This document shows positions 32,857 through 38,401 of a stretch of 38,401 nucleotides of DNA, one piece after another. The DNA is from a virus (taxonomy: Duplodnaviria; Heunggongvirae; Uroviricota; Caudoviricetes), in the IMG/VR virus record IMGVR_UViG_3300044259_000172, one strand, 5' to 3'. A program made the position numbers and the translations under genes. Numbering within the stretch: position 1 is the first letter of the stretch; every line of letters begins with the position of its first letter. Below the pieces are notes generated by a model. The model was not told the origin of the DNA. It did not search any database and saw only the letters and a program-made list of their open reading frames with translations.

Positions 32857-35694
32857 ATGACACTATCAAATATTATTAACAATGGAACAGTATCCTTAAC
32901 TGCTAATGTAAATTCAACAACCCCACTAACAGGAACAGTTGAATTTTATGATGGATCTACTAAAATAGGACAAACTCCTATTTCATCAAATATGAATATT
33001 TCATCTGTTATTTCATCAATTGGAAATCACCAATTGCAGGCAAAATATTTGGGAGATGCGACACATTTAAGTTCAGATTCTTCTCAATTAAATGTGAATG
33101 TTTCTGAATCAAATCTTCCAGATTTTACATATGATTCTGATACAATTTTATGGATTAATACAGTTAATGCTAAATTAACGACGGCATCCTTGACTCTTTT
33201 GACTAAAAGAGAAAAATATCATTATGATAGAATGATTAAAAGAATGAAATTTGATGAGACATGGTCTTATCAATTATCTCTTCAATTAAGAGCTGCCCCT
33301 TCTCAAGGAAATTCATCAAGACAAAAGATTATTAGTTCTGTTGATATTAGAAATCCTTCTATTAATTCAACTGAAATAGGAACTATAAATGAAACTCCAG
33401 ATACTGGATCTATTTCAGGAAATACTTCATCTTATATTAATACGGGATTTGATTCAAGTCTTTTGAATCAAGATGATAATTTCATCATGATGATGACAAA
33501 TAAATTGGAAACTGAAACTTATTCAGGAACGGCCCTAGATTTATGCGGTGTTATTTCTGGAGGAATTGGATTGACTATCAATCCTTATGTTTCAGGAACT
33601 GGTGGAATAAGTATAAGAAATAACAATGCATCCTTGACACCAGGGTCTGCATCAAGTGTTTCTAATGGTTCTGGGTTCGTAGTTATTAATAGAGATTCTT
33701 CCACTTCCGTAACATGCTATAGAAATGGCAAAAAACATCTCAATTTAAATCTTTCATCAGCAGGAAAAGTTTCAGGGAACATATTTCTAGGTGCAGTTAA
33801 TAATGGAGGAACTCCTACAACTGCTTCTACTGGGTTTAGATATTCTGCTTTTGGGGCAGGACGTTCAATGCCAGCAAATTTACAGAAGAAATATTATGCA
33901 TCAGTTAGAACTTTGGTTGATGCCATTCAATGGGGGCTTGTAGATTTCAATGAACCTGGAACGAATCCTACTAATGTTGTAGCAGATGCAGTTGTTTATG
34001 GTCTCACTTCTAATGGGATTGCTGCAGCTTATGAATTAAAACGTCAAGGTAAAAATGTAATTTTAGTAGGAGGTTGGAGAGATTTTCCAGGAAACCTAGG
34101 AGGAATGATGGCAGGAGGATTAGGGTTCTCTGACTTTGATAATCCTTCAGGTATCGCAGGACTTTCCAAATTAATTCTTGCTCTCATCAGATCTAAACAG
34201 AACATTAATACTGACTATTTTAATTGTAGATTTGCTAATTATACATTCAAACAACTACTGGATCCAAATAAACCATGTGGGCTTGATATTCCAGTCTATC
34301 TTTCGGAAGGAATTGAATCAACTACGAATGATGGTGGAACAGTTACCACATCCATTAAGACAGTTGATGGAAGAAGATTTTATGCAAAATATTTTATAGA
34401 CTCTTCATATGAAAGCGATTTAATAGCTCTTTCAAATATTTCTTATAAAGTAGGAAGAGAAGCTTCTTCTACCGGAGAAGAAATAATGAATGGATGGAGA
34501 GGAACTTCTACATCCTTTAATGAAGGTTCTCACCAGTTTAATGTTAATGGAACTTTGGTAAATGTAGATCCATATAAAACAATAGGAGATTCAACTTCTG
34601 GATTAATTTATGGGGTAAGACCTTGGCCTACAGGTAGAACTACAGGACAAGGAGATGTTGCAATTTATAAAAATAGATTAGTAACAAGTTCATCATTAAC
34701 TACTCCTGTGACTCAATCATTTAATTTTAGATTAATGATGGCCACCTCTGCGGTTTTTGTTTCAGATGAAACTTGGGCTTCTACCCCTCCTCCAAATTAT
34801 CAATCTTCCGAATTTGAATCTCTCTATAGATTTTGCGAGGCTGCAACCGCTGCAAGCTTATCTTATGGATATGTTGGAACTATTTTAAAAGCAGACTCTG
34901 TAGGAACAGGAGCTCTGGATATCAATTCTCAAGGAGGATTGTCAACAGATTTTTGGTTTGGAGCTTGGGATTATGTAGAAGCTTCTTATGCTGCAAGAGA
35001 GATAATCTGGAATGAAACCAAACAAAGAACTTATAGATTATTTTATGCTCATAGAAATGAACCTAGAATTCCATCAGCTTTGAGAACATCAGCAAACACA
35101 TTTAGTTTTCATAATGAAAATTTTGTAGATGTTTATAAAAATGATGATATTCATATGTCAACTCAATTGTATATCAGAGAAGCAAGAAGAATAATTGGAG
35201 ATCTTATCATTGATGCAAATGATATGGTTAAAACCGATGGAACTACTCCTAAAAGCATAAAAACTATTGGATTGGCTTCATATGCAGAAGACTCGCACCA
35301 TACTGGTCAATATGTTCATCCTACAATTTCAAAAATTTGGAATGAAGGAGGCTTTCTAAGATTTGGACCAGGAGGCGCTGACCAATTAACTCCAATTCCT
35401 TATGAAGCAATTTGTCCTAAAAGAACAGAATCTACGAATGTATTTTCTATTTTTGGATGTTCAGCGACACATGCAGCCTTTGGTTCTATAAGAATGGAAT
35501 TTACTGCTTGTATGTTAGGTCAAGCTGCTGGGATGGCAATAGCCATAGCCTTGGAATCGGGAAATATTGCTATCCAGGATGTTCTTTATAATACAAATTC
35601 TAATGATAATTTAAATCTTAGATCTAGATTATTAGCATCTGCAACAAATACTGCCTATGGAGAAACAACTCCTATTCTTCCAATGGTTAATTAA
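32857..35694 (+). CDS. Ig-like + LamG-like + FAD-dependent oxidoreductase (PF12831-type) fusion; putative virion appendage enzyme
   Basis: N-terminal Big_3-like TGTVEFYDG...YLGD; from about aa 375 AVVYGLTSNGIAAAYELKRQGKNVILV, LGGMMAGGLG.SD, AKYFIDSSYESDL, Y.VGRE, QSFNFRL, YIREARRIIG, IGLASY..DSH, IPYEAICPK, SATHAAFGSIRME...MLGQAAG. Confidence 0.8.
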   Translation: MTLSNIINNGTVSLTANVNSTTPLTGTVEFYDGSTKIGQTPISSNMNISSVISSIGNHQLQAKYLGDATHLSSDSSQLNVNVSESNLPDFTYDSDTILWINTVNAKLTTASLTLLTKREKYHYDRMIKRMKFDETWSYQLSLQLRAAPSQGNSSRQKIISSVDIRNPSINSTEIGTINETPDTGSISGNTSSYINTGFDSSLLNQDDNFIMMMTNKLETETYSGTALDLCGVISGGIGLTINPYVSGTGGISIRNNNASLTPGSASSVSNGSGFVVINRDSSTSVTCYRNGKKHLNLNLSSAGKVSGNIFLGAVNNGGTPTTASTGFRYSAFGAGRSMPANLQKKYYASVRTLVDAIQWGLVDFNEPGTNPTNVVADAVVYGLTSNGIAAAYELKRQGKNVILVGGWRDFPGNLGGMMAGGLGFSDFDNPSGIAGLSKLILALIRSKQNINTDYFNCRFANYTFKQLLDPNKPCGLDIPVYLSEGIESTTNDGGTVTTSIKTVDGRRFYAKYFIDSSYESDLIALSNISYKVGREASSTGEEIMNGWRGTSTSFNEGSHQFNVNGTLVNVDPYKTIGDSTSGLIYGVRPWPTGRTTGQGDVAIYKNRLVTSSSLTTPVTQSFNFRLMMATSAVFVSDETWASTPPPNYQSSEFESLYRFCEAATAASLSYGYVGTILKADSVGTGALDINSQGGLSTDFWFGAWDYVEASYAAREIIWNETKQRTYRLFYAHRNEPRIPSALRTSANTFSFHNENFVDVYKNDDIHMSTQLYIREARRIIGDLIIDANDMVKTDGTTPKSIKTIGLASYAEDSHHTGQYVHPTISKIWNEGGFLRFGPGGADQLTPIPYEAICPKRTESTNVFSIFGCSATHAAFGSIRMEFTACMLGQAAGMAIAIALESGNIAIQDVLYNTNSNDNLNLRSRLLASATNTAYGETTPILPMVN

Positions 35695-35708
35695 AATATT
35701 TGATGGGA

Positions 35709-36065
35709 TCAAAGATCAATCCCATCAACTTCTTTAGCAGAAGAATCCCATTGCTTCCGAACCTTTTCGATAATACCAGGATAACGATATTCAAATTCCT
35801 GGTACAATCCTTTTCGAACTTCTTTAGCAATTTTAATATCATCAGCCCAAATCATAAAAGTTTTAATTTGGGAATTATAACCAATTTTATACTGAGTGAC
35901 AGGATCAATATCTACGATCCATTTACGATCACCCGAAGAATCGATAAAAGTGTAATAATTGAAATAATGAAGAATATCTTCGAGATCCTTTTCAATAGTC
36001 TTTACAAAATCTTCAATCTTGATCGGAAGATGACGAAGCCCTGAAATTTTCACATTCTTGATCAT
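35709..36065 (-). CDS. Hypothetical protein (118 aa)
   Basis: ORF track; GGAG SD; coupled to the upstream small ORF by an ATGA overlap. Confidence 0.6.
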   Translation of the reverse strand: MIKNVKISGLRHLPIKIEDFVKTIEKDLEDILHYFNYYTFIDSSGDRKWIVDIDPVTQYKIGYNSQIKTFMIWADDIKIAKEVRKGLYQEFEYRYPGIIEKVRKQWDSSAKEVDGIDL

Positions 36066-36235
36066 TTCTTTTTCTCCCTTTCAATAATTCCAACATATTC
36101 AACTTTATCACCACGATCTTTCATCTTTTTACAATAAACTCTTGCGAGCCATTCTGAAAAATAAGATGATTCAAAAGGAATAAATCTATCCCCATTTCCG
36201 ATCTTAATTTCTCCTTTGATAAAGTATTGTGGCAT
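36062..36235 (-). CDS. Small hypothetical protein (57 aa), below the ORF-track cutoff
   Basis: Hand translation MPQYFIKGEIKIGNGDRFIPFESSYFSEWLARVYCKKMKDRGDKVEYVGIIEREKKK; GAGG SD; promoter just upstream. Confidence 0.55.
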   Translation of the reverse strand: MPQYFIKGEIKIGNGDRFIPFESSYFSEWLARVYCKKMKDRGDKVEYVGIIEREKKK

Positions 36236-36269
36236 CTCTAAATTAACCTCTTATAACTTTCTATAAGAT

Positions 36270-36298
36270 ATTATAGCATATTTCATAGAAGTTGTACA
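36270..36298 (-). promoter_or_regulatory. Early-type sigma70-like promoter
   Basis: TGTACA-N17-TATAAT with an extended -10 TG. Confidence 0.65.
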
Positions 36299-36684
36299 CT
36301 ATTCTTTTTCATATTATGACCAAAATAATAAAAATCTCCAGATGTAATTGACACAAATTCTCCTTCTGAAGAGTCACACAATTTCATAATATCGGAACAA
36401 ATTTTATATTGAGTTTCCCATCTATTTTTCAATCCCCAATATTCGATTTTTTCAAAAGCATCTCCATGCTTTTCGAGATTTTCTTCTGTTTCGAAATATT
36501 GTTTTGAATGATGAACAAAAGGAAATTTAAAATTTACGGAGATTTTTAGAATATAATGAGTCGCCAAAAACTCATCAATTAATTCTTGGCGATTCTTCAT
36601 AATTTTGTCAATAGATATTTGACAAGCTTCCTTTACATCCTTTTTATTCAGAACTCCAAAAGATTGGTTCAATAACATACTCAT
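36283..36684 (-). CDS. Hypothetical protein (about 133 aa)
   Basis: Track ORF starts at 36738, but ATG at 36684 right after the phosphatase stop is the more likely start. Confidence 0.5.
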   Translation of the reverse strand: MSMLLNQSFGVLNKKDVKEACQISIDKIMKNRQELIDEFLATHYILKISVNFKFPFVHHSKQYFETEENLEKHGDAFEKIEYWGLKNRWETQYKICSDIMKLCDSSEGEFVSITSGDFYYFGHNMKKNSVQLL

Positions 36685-36686
36685 TA

Positions 36687-37148
36687 TCAAAAATCTCCTG
36701 GAGCACATTGAAAACAGGGAATTCCATTTTCTCGCCACATTGAAACTACAATGTCTCTATCATCCACGGCAAATTCAATATCAAAATGCTTGACAAATTT
36801 GTCAAGCATTTCCTTTTTTACGATATTATCAGGCCTGCGATCCCCTTCTGACCTCATAAAAAGACGATTATGGATGCTGATTTGATGATCATGAGAAAGA
36901 TTTTCTTCAAGCCATTGAACAGTTTCATCATAAAATTCTGCTGATCTGCCTGAAGAATAGAGAATGACAAATTCTCTAGATGCAACGATCATATCATGCA
37001 AAATCTTTACATGCTTGTTTGGTGTATCATTTACACATGCAGCATTGAATGCATACCAATTCTTTGGAGCATGTTGAACATATTTTCGCCGATGAGTAGC
37101 ATCACAGAGTGTACCATCGAGGTCAAAAATTACAGCTTTAAATTTCAT
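36687..37148 (-). CDS. HAD-family polynucleotide 3'-phosphatase (stand-alone T4 PseT/PNKP phosphatase-type domain)
   Basis: IFDLDGTL, SGRS, LFMRSEGDRRPD.IVK.E, AVDDRDIVVSMWRENGIPCFQCA.GDF. Confidence 0.88.
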   Translation of the reverse strand: MKFKAVIFDLDGTLCDATHRRKYVQHAPKNWYAFNAACVNDTPNKHVKILHDMIVASREFVILYSSGRSAEFYDETVQWLEENLSHDHQISIHNRLFMRSEGDRRPDNIVKKEMLDKFVKHFDIEFAVDDRDIVVSMWRENGIPCFQCAPGDF

Positions 37149-37180
37149 CTAAGACAATCCTTTATAAATTTGTTATTGAA

Positions 37181-37209
37181 GATATAATCTAAATTTTTGG
37201 TAATGTAAA
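37181..37209 (-). promoter_or_regulatory. Possible early-type promoter
   Basis: GTTTACA-N17-TATATC upstream of the phosphatase; the -10 element is imperfect. Confidence 0.4.
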
Positions 37210-37215
37210 CAAAAT

Positions 37216-37458
37216 TTATTCATCTTCTTCATCTGAATATTCAATTTCTACTTCTTCTCCAGATTTTACAGCAGCAATGACCTCATTCAAAATATTAGAA
37301 AAATCCATTGGACTATAAAGATCTCTATAAAATTTACAATCTTCTGGTTCTATATTTTCAGAGGCTGATCCTCGAAATTCGCCATTCACATAAATGGAAT
37401 GAGTTTCAAGATCATCTCCATAATGTGAATTTTTAGAAGTTTTAAATTCAATTTTCAT
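37216..37458 (-). CDS. Hypothetical protein (80 aa), acidic C-terminus
   Basis: ORF track; AAGG SD. Confidence 0.6.
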   Translation of the reverse strand: MKIEFKTSKNSHYGDDLETHSIYVNGEFRGSASENIEPEDCKFYRDLYSPMDFSNILNEVIAAVKSGEEVEIEYSDEEDE

Positions 37459-37481
37459 TTTAATAAACCTTATTTATGTGA

Positions 37482-37631
37482 TTAAAGCCCTAGTGTATAA
37501 AGAAATTCCCAATGTGATTTACCATCTGTATCATCCCAAGCAAGCAAAATTCTTCCCGTAGGTAATGTATCAATTGAAACAAAATGATATCGAAAATAAT
37601 TATCAATATAAAATATAATTTCATGGGTCAT
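37482..37631 (-). CDS. Possible small protein (49 aa)
   Basis: Hand translation MTHEIIFYIDNYFRYHFVSIDTLPTGRILLAWDDTDGKSHWEFLYTLGL; fills the gap; AAGG upstream. Confidence 0.4.
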   Translation of the reverse strand: MTHEIIFYIDNYFRYHFVSIDTLPTGRILLAWDDTDGKSHWEFLYTLGL

Positions 37632-37648
37632 TTCATTGAACCTTTATA

Positions 37649-38293
37649 TCAGAGGGTCTTTATATTATCAACTAGATTTGCGAATTCAGGATCTTCCCTG
37701 AAATGAGTTTCATGAATTTCTTCAATAAGAGTTGATTGAAGAAATTCAATAGAAAATGTATATTTTCGATTTTTATTGAATGGAGGTTTTGATCTCCAAA
37801 TGAGAGAATTGTCCTTATTGTCATTGTATTTTACAAGAGGAACAATGAGATTTGGAGCAAAATAACAAATCGATTCAATCATTGATTCATAAGTTCCTCC
37901 TACATCAGACAAAACTGCCTTTATAAAAATCTCTTTATTTTGATCAGACACATATTCCGATTCAAGAACCCTTTTATCAAAGATAATCCTCGGCTTAGTC
38001 AAAAGGAGAATAGAAAGAATAGCAACTTCCTTTTCTTCTTCAGTCAAAAGAGGAACAATATCTTTCAAAGTAAAATCAGTATCTTCGATGACATCATGAA
38101 AAAGAGCTACCTTAAATGCAGTCATATAATCAACCCTGGAATGTAGTTGATATTGTTCTATGATTCTTTTAGTTTCAAGAGCTACACGAAATGGATGAAG
38201 CCAATATGGGCAATCCAAGGAATCTACTTGACCTTCATGAAATTTCTTCATTTCATTTACGAGATATTTCTTATTGTTGATCATTACATTCAA
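37649..38293 (-). CDS. HD-domain hydrolase, SpoT/Mesh1 small-alarmone-hydrolase-like
   Basis: H.GQ.D...PY.LHP..VA, ALFHDVIEDT, LLTK, VK..D..DN motifs. Confidence 0.8.
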   Translation of the reverse strand: MNVMINNKKYLVNEMKKFHEGQVDSLDCPYWLHPFRVALETKRIIEQYQLHSRVDYMTAFKVALFHDVIEDTDFTLKDIVPLLTEEEKEVAILSILLLTKPRIIFDKRVLESEYVSDQNKEIFIKAVLSDVGGTYESMIESICYFAPNLIVPLVKYNDNKDNSLIWRSKPPFNKNRKYTFSIEFLQSTLIEEIHETHFREDPEFANLVDNIKTL

Positions 38294-38362
38294 ATCCTTT
38301 TACATTCGATAGAAATATGAGAAACCGTTGTATTTCCGGTTTCTTGTTCTATAATTGATTTT

Positions 38363-38390
38363 ATTTTATACAATGTTTCAGGATTGTAAA
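38363..38390 (-). promoter_or_regulatory. Early-type sigma70-like promoter
   Basis: GTTTACA-N16-TAAAAT upstream of the HD gene; an 8-bp hairpin (38320-38344) lies in the leader. Confidence 0.5.
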
Positions 38391-38401
38391 CATATTCGCA
38401 T

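Noticed and set aside
37462-37478. Third promoter-in-hairpin gate (CATAAATA with ATAAA/TTTAT around AAGG)
   Set aside because: Only five A-U pairs, unlikely to be stable, and the gene sits in an early-type cluster
3321-38146. Short track ORFs antisense to or nested in larger genes (e.g. 3321-3551, 5896-6081, 8780-8974, 13360-13554, 16202-16459, 19474-19827, 27230-27466, 34178-34399, 35700-36044, 37940-38146)
   Set aside because: They overlap well-supported genes, have I/F/S/L-rich shadow composition typical of AT-rich DNA, and show no recognisable motifs
1-38401. Stop-codon reassignment or tRNA genes
   Set aside because: Long conserved ORFs are intact under the standard code, TAA/TGA stops abut the next starts, and no cloverleaf or T-loop signature was noticed by eye (tRNAscan-SE would be decisive)

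Overview
Fragment of an AT-rich, lytic T4-like myovirus genome (standard genetic code; no tRNA, CRISPR, integrase or reverse transcriptase seen). 1-17.3 kb (minus strand) is a late virion operon: i/o-spanins, a gp5 split into two genes that each carry a different peptidoglycan hydrolase, gp25, gp6, gp7, gp8, a 1746-aa DUF4815/VrlC-like protein, neck gp13/gp14, gp15, and a truncated 2H-phosphoesterase (Acb1-like) at the edge. 17.3-20.7 kb and 35.7-38.3 kb (minus strand) are small early-type genes behind TTTACA-N17-TANNNT-like promoters: HNH nuclease, 2OG-Fe(II) oxygenase-like protein, RNA ligase 1, PNKP-type HAD phosphatase and a SpoT-like HD hydrolase. 20.8-35.7 kb is an oppositely oriented late island of receptor-binding genes with a GH19 endolysin in the middle. 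The most unusual elements are (i) a virion-type cassette with a LamG-esterase, an Ig scaffold and an Ig/LamG-FAD-oxidoreductase fusion, (ii) late-promoter-in-hairpin translational gates at both lysis loci, (iii) the split two-enzyme gp5, and (iv) an anchorless duplicate tail-fibre tip. All product calls are by eye from sequence motifs; no database search was run.
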